A stretch of 64,000 bases of DNA from Lingula anatina (lineage: Eukaryota > Animalia > Brachiopoda), in contig CM120644.1 in NCBI GenBank assembly GCA_051362555.1, forward strand, positions 9,680,954 through 9,744,953, in the 5' to 3' direction. This document shows positions 28,871 through 42,900 of the stretch, piece after piece (position 1 is the first letter of the stretch; every line of letters begins with the position of its first letter). The notes beneath the pieces were generated by a model, which was not told where the DNA came from, made no database searches, and worked only from the letters and a program-made list of their open reading frames with translations. A program made the translations under genes and the position numbers.

Positions 28871-30648
28871 TGTCCTAATCGCTGCCTGGACATGTAAAAT
28901 TACAACACAAACGTGATCAAATCGGTTTATCAAACAATGTTTAAAATCTACAGAAAGTTGCATAGTTAACTAGCCGGCAAATTGTCACATTGCAGCACAC
29001 CCCAATCAGCTGCAAGTCAAAACGAGTGATCTATTTTCAAGAAATTTTAAATTGGAGACAATAACGTCACTGGCTGGTTAGAAAAATTATCTACCTCCAT
29101 ATTGATGCCTGCGGGACCAGACATAAAATCTCAGCAGAGATGATGAAACATCTGTCCTGATATTTAATTTTTATCCCTAAGGCCATAACATTTAATGCAG
29201 GCAACAATTTGCTACATTGTTATTATTGTTAAAATTATTAGGATAGTGAGTTTATATAATGAAAAGCGGCCTTGTTTGGCCAAATCACGAACAACCGATA
29301 GTCTTTGTTGCCTTCTCTTTTGTAATGAATGGGACTATGCAAGTTTGTGGTGCACTGGGATGGAGGAGACATAAATACAGTTATGACAGGGGAATACGGA
29401 AGGTGATTTGCATGGTGATTTGTAGGCAAATGATAGTTCGTGGGAAGCGGGACTTTATAAATGTAGGCCTACCTATTTTGCCCTGTTTCTATACAGCTGA
29501 CCTTGATACGTCTGGCATATTACCACTTCATGGAATAAATGCTCTGATTTTACTGTCAAATCGACTTCATAGGATAAATTGCGACTTTATCTCCACAAAA
29601 GATATTGCCTGCGACTTCATGGGATAAAATGAAATAGTAGAAAACGTTTTTGAAATATAATGTTTTTGTACTGTAAATATTATCCAAAATAGGCAAACTG
29701 TACGTTTTAATTCACTTGTATGACTGAATAGGGTTTCTTTAGTGGTATTGGATGCATATTTTGAGTAATTTTAAAATACACAGGCGTATGTAGGTGAGGA
29801 TTCAGTATTTCTAAAAATCAGTACATTATGGGACATTATGGTCAGCATTGAAGAAAAGGGGGTCCAGACCCCCTGGGCCCTCCCTTCCCAGATCCGCTTG
29901 ATGCATAAAACTAATGGATCAGGTAAACCAGGCTATGAAAACATAATTTACGCGTAGGTTACTGGATTAAAAGACTAATTTTTCCATGAGGAAAGACACG
30001 CGCAAGTGTAATGATTTACGTCTGTCCCTTGGTTTCCGAGATGCTCTGTTCTGGTCCTACACCTGTGAATGTCCATCATGATGTGATCAATGGTGTCCCC
30101 GAAATGTGCCCTTGGCTGGCTCTCATTTGACCCGAAAGTATCTGCGGCACAGTCTGCATTTGGAAACCTGTTAATTAGGCGTTCGGAGGGGGGGGGGGGC
30201 ACTTGTTGTTTAGCAGCCTAAGTAACGTAGTTGATCTGCGAGATCAACAGGCTTGTAGATTGATATTTATTCAGAATTGTGATTGATTGTTATTGTGGTT
30301 GATTGTAATTTTTACATCGTAATTTCTGCTATCTACCCGTAGACCTTTAGTAGTGACTTTGCAGTCATTTGGGGGGTATATATTTTTTATATCGTTGTTA
30401 CTGGTATCCTCTATCCATTAAAGTGAGGAACATGAGACGTTGGGGATATTTAAACTTGCCATTAGGGATGTGCACGTGTCCTTCGGATTTTTGGTGACTT
30501 TGGTGACCTAGGGGTGGTTGATTATTATCTTTAAATTGTATTTTTTTCTGCTATACAACATTGGTCAAAAAGGTTGTCCCACCCCCATTTCCATGTACTT
30601 TTATTTACAAATGATCACCTCACAGCTGTCAACTGTTAGAAATAGTAC

Positions 30649-31227
30649 TGTTGCGTTTTTATCAGTTTCAATTTAAAGTGTGCACTAAATGTGCGTCTCA
30701 TTGTCACCTTTGATTAACAGAGCTTTTCGCACTGGAATGACCAGAGCAACGTGCCCCTCTTGTCAGCTTTAATTAACGAACGCCTTTTTCCGAGCGCCCT
30801 TTTGGTCAAGGGAGCTCCGAGCGCCTTTTGCACTGGACTGCCCTAAAGCGGGAGCCCTTTCTGTCAGTTCTAATTAAGGAGCGCCTTTTCCGGGATCCGG
30901 GATCCCTAGAACTTTTTTTGGAGCTCCTCCGGCCCGTACCGCTGGAGCACTATAAAAGGGTTGTAGTTCGTAGCTAAAGAACAATTACAGTTACATTGCA
31001 TTAGAGATTAGAGATTGGATTAGATTAGATTGGAGTACAGAGCGTAGCACAAAACAGAGGAGAGATTATTGATTTGAACACATGTAGAGACGGTCAAGAT
31101 AACCGAAAGTTGTGACTTTTGAACTTAATTTAGTTGAATAAACCTCATAGTTTTATTTTCAACTGGTGGCAGCGTTTTTTTTGGAATTCTACCAATCGCG
31201 TTCTGAAAAAGAAGTAAGAACGTGACA
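30649..31227 (+). mobile_element. Solo LTR (probably Gypsy-type)
   Basis: TGTTGCG...CGTGACA ends, 4-bp TSD GTAC, internal TATAAAA (~30951) and AATAAA (~31137). Confidence 0.7.
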
Positions 31228-34204
31228 GTACTTTTTATTACGGATACCGTGTCTAACATGATTTATGGTTAAAAAAATTCAAAATAGTGGTGAAAATATA
31301 CACATTTTATACCATTTAGTAAAATTTATAAGAGGTATCCCCTCAAATCGACTGTTTCACTGTGACTTCTACAGACGTAAAGAAATGTCTATAAAATTGA
31401 AAAGACGCCATCAAATGTCATTAAATTCACAAACAATTAGCATTAGTGTGTGCTCGTGAAAGGTCACGTGCCTAACAGCGTGTGCGTCTACCGGGTACTG
31501 CAATTATCTCCTGTAGACAGCGCGACAAGCCTTCAACACGGGTTACAATTCTGTTTTGTGGGATATTGTCCCATTCATCCTAAAGAACGTGGCGGAATTG
31601 GTCAAAATTATTTATGATATTAACTTTTAAAATGATTGATTTTATGAACAGATTGTGTACAGAGTTGCATTTTACTTTTGATATGAGAAAGGGATAAAGG
31701 AAAGCACCTTATTTTTCTATGCCTTTATTTTTTATGTTCACTGAATTGTTGCACAAATTACAGTAGAATGAAAAAAATCCTTCTACTAAGTGACTTGCAT
31801 ATTACAGGTCTTATGAATGTTTGGTCAGTAAACTGATACTCGTGATAATTTTGTTTTATATCTGTCATTTCTGTTTTGATATGTACAATAGCTTACTGCA
31901 AAAATAAAATATTTGAAAATGTATGAACACTAAAATAACCATAAGGACTGGATTTCACACCATCAAATTTAAATAATTATAATAATAATAATAATAATAA
32001 ATTGAATAAATTTACTTTGGAAATAAAAAGGAATATGAATGGTGTTTGTGTATTGTGAGAAACTTAGAATTTATCTTTTCAATAAATATTTAATTAGTTT
32101 TATACCTCTTCTGTGAGTTACTGAATTCTCATTTCATGTTCTTGGGTCAATCCTCCTTATCTCACACTTCTTCCAAGCCTTGTACTACTGGACCTAGAAG
32201 TGCTATGTATCACTGCTAACTCTTCTAAACCTTTATACAGGGCTTTTTTTCTAATGAGGCTGACATCACAAGATAGTATGCTGTAAAATTATAATAAAAC
32301 TAATTATAATTATAATAATAATTGGTACTGATTTAATTGCATGCTAGTTATAATGTTGTGAACTGTTCAAAATGAGTTTCATTTTAATTAACCATTGTCC
32401 TGCACTCAAGTGTATCAATTGTTAATCCCTTAACTATAAGTTTTTTGTATGTGTGGATTATTACACGTGAATTTAGGTGAGGGTATGGTGGGTCCTCCAC
32501 ATTACTGTCAAAACTAAGGAATGTGCCAGATTAACTGAAAGGCCAGTATTATTTAAAAATAACAGAAAACTCTTTACCACAGGGAGCTCTTCATATAATC
32601 TCTAGTTCTGGACTGCTCTGACTGCTTGCCTCATCAACAATAGGCCTACTCTCGATCTGAAAGGTATAAAAACAAATCGACTAGAAAAGCAAGGTAAGAT
32701 ACGTGTGTGCGTAGCACAAAATTCACCCACTCCTATTGACGATTTTGACATCTGCACGATGCTCACCACTACTGCCAATAAGTATCAAAATCGTCTGGAA
32801 CGCATTTGTAGTCCGTGCTACGTTGTGCGTGCAAATCACGTTGTCAAAATTGCGGCTCAGAAAGCATAGCAAACAACAAAAAAAGTACCAGTCGTTTATA
32901 AATATCCAACCGAAACGGGCTGGTTAAATTGACCCGATAAATATCACTGTCTGTAATCATGTCACCGGTATATTTCCTGGTACAAGTTACTCATTCGGTG
33001 AATCGGCATTGAGAATTACGGCATCAAGCACTGTTGACATAATAGCTAGGCTACACTCCGTCGTAAATATTTCCAAGCCATTCGTTGATTTTTGGACTAT
33101 TTTAACCGACGAGAAGTTAAATGAATTCTTTTAATGTTTAAGTGCACAACCCTGTTCACGAACAATGAAGGGAAAGAGTTGTAACTAACGTGCATCTGTA
33201 AACGACTTACTTCGAACTCCACCGCGCCATATTTGTTTCTCCTTGTGTACAAGTGCTATTTTAGGCAACGCACTCTGATTGGCTAAAACGTTGCGGTAGA
33301 CATCTTCTCTTTTTGGGGGGAGAGGACGTTCTCCAATACAGACTCGAATTTGAAAAAATTAATTATTTTAATTGTAGTCTACCTCGAAGGCGAATTTTGC
33401 TTTAGATCGTGACCTACATACGTAAGAAAAAGTTTGGGATATGTTTCATTTTTTCATTTCCCCTTTAAATAGGCCAGGAGGTCAATCTTTATTAAAACCT
33501 CTCTGCCTAGTAGAGTTCTTTACCTAAAATGGAAAGACATATTATAAATTCTTGCTGCTGTGTACTAGCCACATCTATAAACTTGTGCCGTCAATCAAAT
33601 CACACTTGGTCAGCTTTATGTCCTAGTTTAAAGGCAGGCAATGTGTTAATTGATAGACTTCGTTTGTCTTATACATGTAGTGCCTTAGACCCGCCATGAA
33701 TCAACGTCCAAATATTATCAGTTTTTAATCGTCCTGAAATCTGAAAAATCTCAAAACTAAATGGGTAAAACCAAAAACTTGCTTTATGCTTTCCGTCACA
33801 GGACCGGAGCTCTTGAAATAAAGTACATTATTTATAGAAGTTAATCTCACGGGTTTCTACGAGAACATCTGAAAATAACAGCTTCATTAAACTCCAACGA
33901 GATAAAATAAGCACTATCGTGTGAGTGAGTAATGTTACTCCACCCCTCCCCCCCCATCCCATTGCAAATACACGTGTCATTTTCGAAATCATGGTTTAGA
34001 ATGAAACATCATATTGACCTTTACGCCTAATTTCCACATCCAACCAGAACTGAAACATGTTTTGACACAATGTCCCATGAAGTGGTAATATACTATGAAG
34101 TCTCCTAAGGGTCCTTATTTTTTAACCAATGAAGTCGCCTTCTATCATGAAGTAGTAATTCTTATCCTATGAAGTGGTAATATACCATGAAGTATCTTAA
34201 CAGT

Positions 34205-37200
34205 TGTCATTTGAAACCCAATATTACACATTCAACTCGAATAATTTCCTGATAGCAGAATTAACCAACTTTGCTTACCTTGTTGACTTAAAGCAGGACA
34301 ATTAAGCTATGGTGTTGGGATCACAGGCTTACTCTCTCAACTACAGAAATATTTGACCTTCTGTTACATAAAATTAGTACCTCCCTTATGATACGAAAAT
34401 GATGACGAAAAATAAATAAAACGAGCCTTAGCCTCAGCAAAAGAATAAATATTTATATAATGTTTATCATGTGCAGTGATAGGAGTCAGCTATCATATAT
34501 AAGGAGGCACAACAGAGATCGAGACATGTGGTGATAAGTTATTCTTCTCCTCACCTTCATTTTAACAAATCAATCTGTAAGGCTAACTGATACATCTTAA
34601 AACGAGTAGTGGGAGTAATTTGATCCATTTTATGCATGTATTTTTACGCATCAACGATAAATGAAATGCGTTGTGCATTATTGAAATGTTAAGGAAGCGT
34701 GAGATTACACAGTTTTGTGTGATTCATTCATCAACGATAATAGCAGGCCTTACCTATTGCCACCTTTAGGTCTCTCGAAAACTTATCATTCGGGGACATC
34801 AGAAGTAGGTTTACATTGCAGGCATATTAAGGTGTTTCAAGCAAAATAATCAAAACGAAAGGCTAAAATCGACCACAAAAACATCTCAGGAAAAACAAAA
34901 ACAAAATATTCCCTTCCAAAAGCAAAATTTCCACCACAATCTAAACTTAAGCTAAATATTCGACTGAAACAGAATAAAATATCATGACGTACGTTAGTCA
35001 CTTTAGTAAAATTGAGGGAACAGTTCAAAATATTCGAATACTGAGCAGATTGGCCAACGGTGCAATGCTACTCATCGGCGAGGAATAAAATTTCAGGTCC
35101 AGTCATAATTGACTGTTACCTAGACCGGTTAATGAAACTACGAAATACATAAACATTTTTAGAATACCTTATTTGTGTATTAAGCCATCTGTCACGGGCG
35201 ATAGTCGAGCGTGTTAGACGTGTGACTTTATCGACTTTATCGCTAGTAAGAAATCTCTCCAACATGCAATATGATATTTCGCCCTCGACTTGTGAAGATT
35301 ATTTTGTCTATATCTACATATATGCCATGATGAAGTACGTAAAATAAAATAGAGACAAAAGCCTAGCGTAGTTTTAAACTTACTGTACTTAATTTGTTTT
35401 TTAAAAATAGATTTCATTATGTCGATAAGTAAACAAGCTGGGTATACTCAGCATTTAGTACATGGCTTATTCATATTTATTTGTCCTAATCGCTGCCTGG
35501 ACATAAAAAATTACAACACAAACGTGATCAAATCAGTTTATCAAACAATGTTTAAAATCTACAGAAAGTTACATAGTTAACTTGCCGACAAATTGTCACA
35601 TTACAGCACACCCCAATCAGCTGCAAGTCAAAACGAGTGATCTATTTTCAAGAAATTTTAGATTGGAGACAACAACATCACTGGCTGGTTAGAAAAATTA
35701 TCTACCTCCATATTGATGCCTGCGGGACCAGACATAAACTCTCAGCAGAGATGATGAAACATCTGTCCTGATATTTAATTTTTATCCCTAAGGCCATAAC
35801 ATTTAATGCAGGCAACAATTTGCTACATTGTTATTATTGTTAAAATTATTAGGATAGTGAGTTTATATAATGAAAAGCGCCTTGTTTGGCCAAATCACGA
35901 ACAACCGATAGTCTTTGTTGCCTTCTCTTTTTAATGAATGGGACTATGCAAGTTTGAGGTGCACTGGGATGGAGGAGACATAAATACTGCAGTTATGACA
36001 GGGGAATACGGAAGGTATATCTGGTTTATGAAGGGATCGGTTTAAAACACTTCTTTCATGAAGTCAATAGGGGTGGTACATGTATAAAATGCTGCAGATG
36101 GCCAAATAAAATAACAGCAATTTATAGAAGCGAATCATTTTTTTTTTTTTTTTTTTTTGAACGATCACTTTAAATTCTGCCAACTCTGGGTTATCGTATC
36201 ATGCCCTTTAACTTAATTAATATGATGTTGGTTTGGTAAATGTGCCACTTACATGTATAATATCTTTTTGCATGGTAATTTGTAGGCAAATGATAGTTCG
36301 TGGGAAGCGGGACTTTATAAAGGTAGGCCTACCTATTTTGCCCTGTTTCTATACAGCTGACCTTGATACGTCATATTTATAATAGTGTTCACAGGCCCGT
36401 AGCCAGCAAATTCAAAAGGGGGGGGGGGTTCTTTTTCTGAAACTGTGGACCTGTTACAATGAAACTTGTGTGTACCTTGATAAAATTTTACCCCAAATGG
36501 ACCTTTTCCTGAGAAAAGGGGCGGTTCTTTCGAACCCCCTGCCCCCCCCCCCCTCCCCCTGGCTACGGGCCTGGTTCATAGCCTATAAAATAGTAATTCT
36601 TTGGGCAGATCTGTGGGTAAAATAAACGCGCTTATATCTTAAATGTGAAACACTGGTGGAAAATAATTTATTTTTATTTACTAGTAATTATTCAATAGCG
36701 CACGAACACATTATTGAAAACGCCAGCCTGGCCATGGATTGAAAAAAAAAAAAAACACTATGAAAGCAACTCTAGAATAAGTTTGATGATAACTATAGAA
36801 AAATCACAGTCTGTCCAAAGCTAGAAAATAAGTTGCAACACTCTCTGAAACATAAATGTGCTATAAATCCACAATGTTTTGTAGTCAATAACTTTTTTCA
36901 ATTCGCTTCAATAAAGTATTCGCTCTTGTGTGCACGCGGGAGTACGTGAGGTGAAGAGATCATATGATGAAGTGACCTTCTTGGTGTTTACTTTATGGGA
37001 TGTCTCATTTACGATATGTTTAAGTTATTTTTGTTTATTTTGACGTAAATTTATAATCGATCCTTGTTTGTACAGAAAATACATGTATGACTATGCCTTA
37101 CAATGCACGTGGTTATAGAATTCAAAATCAATTCAGCAAGGCATTATCTTGACATCGAAGTAGGCCGATAGCACTCGGTTTTACATCAAATGAAGGTCGT

Positions 37201-37830
37201 CGTTTGAAACCCAATATTACACATTCAACTCGAATAATTTCCTGATAGCAGAATTAACCAACTTTGCTTACCTTGTTGACTTAAAGCAGGACAATTAAGC
37301 TATGGTGTTGGGATCACAGGCTTACTCTCTCATCTACAGAAATATTTGACCTTCTGTTACATAAAACTAGTACCTTCCTTATCAACGAAATTGATGACGA
37401 GAATAAATAAAACGAGCCCCAGCCTCAGCGAAAGAATAAATATTTATATAATGTTTATCATGTGCAGTGATAGGAGTCAGCTATCATATATAAGGAGGCA
37501 CAACAGAGATCGAGACATGTGGTGATAAGTTATTCTTCTCCTCACCTTCATTTTAACAAATTAATCTTTAAGGCTAACTGATACATTTTAAAACGAGATA
37601 GTGGGAGTAAATTGTTCCATTTTATGCATGTATTTTTACGCATCAACGATAAATGAAATACGCTGTGCGTTAACGTAAACAAAGTGTGGGATTACTCAGT
37701 TTTGTCTGAGTCATTCATCAACGATAAGAGGAGATCAGCCGTAGCTATTGCCACCTTAAGGTCTCTTGAAAACTTTCGGGGACATCAGAAGAGGGTCTGC
37801 GTTGCAGCCGCAATTAAGGTGTATCATTTT
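34205..37830. repeat. ~3.0-kb tandemly duplicated intergenic unit; an interrupted copy also spans 19100-29510
   Basis: TTGAAACCCAATATTACACATTCAACTCG recurs at about 25037, 34211 and 37204, and the surrounding blocks are colinear. Confidence 0.85.
36392..36573. mobile_element. Short MITE (also present at about 19509-19692 and in each tandem unit)
   Basis: TIR CAGGCCCGTAGCCAG..CTGGCTACGGGCCTG with GTTCA duplicated on both flanks. Confidence 0.7.
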
Positions 37831-37837
37831 ATAAGCA

Positions 37838-37921
37838 TTATGCTGTAAAATATTGCTTCAATGGTCCTCTAACCGTCCAGTCATCATCAGAAGATCGGGT
37901 GTCTTTCACCGTTTTGTAAAT
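37838..37921 (-). other. Isolated duplicate of the last 28 codons of the KEN exon (alternative terminal exon or paralogue remnant)
   Basis: ttatttag|ATT TAC AAA ACG GTG...ACA GCA TAA = IYKTVKDTRSSDDDWTVRGPLKQYFTA*, colinear with the C-termini of B and C. Confidence 0.7.
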
Positions 37922-39921
37922 CTAAATAAGCCATTTATGTAGCTAAATTTCCACAAACACAATGAAGCTCTGTTTTAGCTCAAAGGTAAATAAGATAAAG
38001 TCCATATGACTGAAAATCGCATTTATTAATGACGAAAATAATAAGATACAGAGTTACAAAAATGGGGGATAATCATACATCCCCATACTAAATAACTGTC
38101 ATTATATAAATTAAATAAAGTGGGTTAATGAGTGCAGCCAAGATAAATGAAGAAAATGTGTGAAACAGCAACAGCTATTGAAGCCAAAAGTTGGCATAAA
38201 TGAAAAATTAATGAAAGGACATAGGATATGAGAGAAGCTCATATTCTCATCAACCGAGGAGTACTTGGCTAGTAAAACAGAATATTATCCTAAGAATATG
38301 AAGTCACCAAGTAAAAAGATGAACGATTGTCTTCAAATAATAAAAACTACCAAAATGTCCACATAAAATTATGTAACAAAGTAAGTAATCTTCCAATGTA
38401 GCTGCTAAAACTGCACTAGGGCACAATACGGGTAAATATCACCGCAGCTAAAAAAACTAATCAGGTAGCTGATAAAATAGCTGCTAAAAACATTGATCGT
38501 AACAATTAAATGTGTGTGCCTAGATACACAGCGGTTGAGTCATTTCAGTTCCACGGACATCTGTTATCACCCTGCCTTGATTAACTACTTTAAAGTTAAA
38601 TGTGCAAAGACAAACCCCAAAATAAGACTATTTCCTATAAACATATTGTTGATGTATATATAAACACAAGTGAAACCACCACAAAAACAAATCATTTCCT
38701 ACATATACACAATTATTTGTAATTATCTAAAATCCCCTTCCAATAACGCAATTTTCGCTGCAATCTAAATTTCAGGGAAATTTAGCGATTAAACTATCAT
38801 TACGCTTATAATTTTATAACAAAAAAGTGAAAGAGGCAAAACAATAATTCCATTTTTTAGCAGTAGGGCCCACCTTAAAAGGAACACGGTGCCTAGTCAG
38901 TAAGCGATTTATTTTCAGATACATTCACGTTCGGCCGTCTCCCCTAAGTTAGCTTATCAACCTTAAAGCACTGAAATGACTTAAGTATTCTTCATTTTGT
39001 ACCAAAAATGAAAACAAAAATTAAAGAGCACAAAATTGTAGTCATAAAGAATGCTGCAATTGCTGTTTCAAAAATATTGTTTCATTAAAGATAAACATAT
39101 TGTTGATTCATTTTTTTAGCTATAAAAATATTTTCTAACATCTATTTGCTTACGAATTTTCTAGTATAGTACATGTAGCTTTAAAACTGTGAACACATAT
39201 CACAACCCACCTACACAGCTGTGACGTCACTCCACCCCGTACTGCTCTCCAGCGTCAACGGTCTACGTGCAGTTGTAAATGAAATTTTATGAAGATAAGT
39301 GACTTGAAAATCGCTATGTAAAAATCACAATTCCTGTGCACCATTTTACATGGTAATATCTTATCCTGGCCCTCGTTTAACAAAAAAAATTAATTAATAA
39401 AAAATAAAAAGAAACTGAAGTCGGGTTCCTACGTCACTATGTCTCGTATCTCGAGAATCTAAAAGGCCGCTTACGTCTTTTTTTCTCAGCTGCTTGTCGA
39501 CGAAGCCTAGCCTCCTCGGGAGGAAACTTAATTCATCAAGCTCAGTTAAAACATGGTAAATTAGTGCATAACCAACAAAAATTTCGAAAGTACATGCATG
39601 TACCTGCTTCAAAATATTGTTTTATAGTACATGTATATTTCAATGTTAATGACATTTATTGATTTTGAAAAAAAAATAAAATGCAGCCCCACTCAGCTCT
39701 ATGTGAAACGGGGGGGAGGGGGGGGGGGAAGGGGGGGGGTCCCTGATGAGGCCAATCTTCAATAAATGACTTTAACGACTTATCCTAATAACATAGTCTT
39801 CGTATGGTATAGCCGTCCTTCTTCACAAGATACATTTCCATACATTCCCAAATAGCTGTTGTTTTTAATGTAATAAAAGACACTCATCATGACATCGTCT
39901 TTTTCAGGGATTTGATTAACA

Positions 39922-42900
39922 TTATGCCGGAAAATATTCCTTCAGTGACCCCCTAACAGTCCAGTCATCAGCAGACAATCTGGTTTCTCTCACAGTTTGG
40001 TAAACCTTCAGGAACAGCTCGTCAAAAGGCAGTCTGGCGGTGAAGTACGTCATGGGATTACCAACACTGGCTTGTATAGCGGGCGGCCTGGAAATAGATT
40101 CGTTAAATGTATAAGACCCCCATTTTTTCTTTAAAAGACATATTTACAAAGATACGGCATAACAACTGGAAATTTCCTCTCAAGTAAAAGAGGAAAAAAG
40201 CACACTGCATACAGTTCTCACTTAGATTTTTGAACAGTTTCATTAGTTTGATACCTAACAGCAATAAAATTCTCTTTTGTTACAAACTAAAAATAACATT
40301 TTATGAAACGCGCTAAAATATTGTGATGGACAAAAGGGTAATTATATTGAAACATGCAGTTCTCATTTTTGTAGATTTACATTTTAAAAACTGGTCTGGA
40401 TATTTTAATAAAACTTAATCTTTTAAGATAAAACGCTGGTAAAATTCTATTTGATACAGTATTTTCTGAATTAGCTATTATTATACTGCAAGTCATAAGG
40501 TTTTCTGTCTCTTCATAACTCTGATATGTTACTATAAACATATTGGTTGGATCAATCGTGTTTTACAACCTTTTTTCCAAACCTTGAACATAAGGTTAAC
40601 CCCCTAAAGTGTCCGCAATGCTGAGCTAAATCCATCTCATTCGTAAATTTTCCAAATATGCATGAGCATACTGACTGCCAAACACTGAAAGTGATGTTAA
40701 TATTTGAAAAATTAAGAATATAACATTCTTACTGATCTTTCAGATGGACGTCAACATTTCGTATGAATCGAAGAAGTCCACATATGGTAGACCTGTAGCC
40801 ATTTCTCATTGGTTTTGCAACTTCGTCATAGACAGTTTGGTCGAGCAGGTCCTTCTGTAAAATATTATTACAATGAACTCGGTATATTTGTCTCGTTGGT
40901 ACAATACCCAGATGGTGAAATAAATTTCCCATTTCCCCTTGTGTTGTGATGGTTAAATAATAAATCGTTAATGAAAAGACGAAACGTCACATAATATTAA
41001 TAAAATTTTATTTTCTTTACATTAATTATTATTTATGACTATATTTTTGTTCCACATATATGATATGGACCGAACTCTGCAAAACAAACCATTGAAATCA
41101 CATTGAAATTGTTTTTTTTTTTTTATTTTTTTATGAAATTATTTCATTGAAATAAAATGTTTAAAATATTGAAATTACGGACTTTGCCTTCTCTGTGCCA
41201 ATATTTAAGAGCTTCTATGCATACCACGTGCGTCTTCAATAAATCTAAGATTAAGATGCACTGTGATTCATTATTTCACGGGGACACTTTTTCGTGTACA
41301 CTCAGGCTGTTGTACAATAATGTAAGGGGATAGGAATTCCCTACACGAAAATACATTTTATTTGACAACTGGTTCGATTACATTTCATCAAAATGCTCAG
41401 TACAGGTTGAAAAATGAAAAAAAAATTAAAGTACTGGGCAATAGGGATTTGTGTCATTTTGGTCAGGTTTTGGAAGGCAATGATATTGGTACGGGAAAAA
41501 AGGGTCGCCTCCATAGACTTTCATCCTCCCCCTCCCTTCCACCACTCTGAATTACCTTATGTAATCTTAAGATTACATGTATACGCCAGTAAATCCATGA
41601 TAATGCACATTTAACTCACCCTGAGCTTCAGAGCTAACTTGACACTAACCTTTTCACTGTAGCCTATCTCCATCGTGTCAAGTAACCTCTGACCAGATTC
41701 GATTGCCTCCGCCGCCCGCCAATCAAATTTAAAAGCCCGCACTCAATGACTCATTAAACGATCTAGCCAATGAACGCGAACGAGTCAAAGCGCGCTTTGT
41801 TCAAATCCGGACCAATCAAAGATAAGGCTGAATATCAGGGTCTTGCCGTAACCTGTGGGCAGCACGCAAATAACATCGTCTCTCAGTAGATAATGATGCA
41901 GGGCATCATACTGCTCTGGTTTCAATTCCGATATACTCCATGCTTTCTTTGTGTACGGTTATGCACTCGGAACCACTCGGAACTACTCGGATGTCTCCGC
42001 ACTCGACAATAACTATGTTGTTAGTATGGAGCTTGCGGAATCAGCCGAGGATTGCCGATTGACGATCAACCAATCAGCGTTTTCACCAAACTTTGGTGAA
42101 AAATTTTGAAACATGGATTCGATTGGCTTATATAAAATAGGTCAAACTATTTTCGTCAGAGGTTACTTGACACGATGGAGATAGGCTACAGTGAAAAGGT
42201 TAGTGTCAAGTTAGCTCTGAAGCTCAGGGTGATTTAACTACAAAGACGCTTAATTGTTGATAAAAAGCCAAACGGACTTACCCAATGTGGTACTGTGTTA
42301 AACACGGATACCGTCAACCCGTCCAGTGTCAACGTTACGGAATGTGGCTGTTGTTTCCAACTGAAATAAATTCACTGGATTGACAATAATTTTATACAAA
42401 TTAAAGATTACAATGACAGTTGGTTGTTCTTATACATATCGTTAACATAATGTATTATTATTAAACTGCTCGCATTAAGTATACTGCTGATATTGCATTC
42501 TCTTTTTTCTTCAATATATTTACGGCACTAAAAGGGTTCAAAGCAGAAGAATATCACGATCTAAAAAGTTACAGAACCATTTCAAAAACGTTTAAATCTA
42601 AGTTAAAGATAAAGAATAATGCACTCTGGCACGTAAAGGACATAAGATTTATATAACATAAAGCAAAATACTGCTGATGTTGCATTTCCACATTCTGTCA
42701 CAGCTAATTCTTTCATTAAACGTATACAATTATTAACATCCTTCTGTTTTACCTTTCTTTCACTTCCTTCTCGTCCCCCAACATACCAAGAAAACGATAC
42801 CTCATATCTGCATTCCAAAAGAACGGGTGCCTGTTAATGAGAGGTATATCAATATTTATTGTATGTTTACAATGTAACTCCCTGTACCTTATTTCTTTAT

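Noticed and set aside
31370-33470. Possible further transposon or gene remnant ending in CCCCTTTAA
   Set aside because: No matching second terminus or recognisable protein motif could be found by eye.
41440-41560. Block conserved in intron 8 of A, B and C as an extra coding exon
   Set aside because: No reading frame is shared by all three copies, and exons 8 and 9 already join in phase (HW|KDLL). The introns are generally similar between these paralogues.
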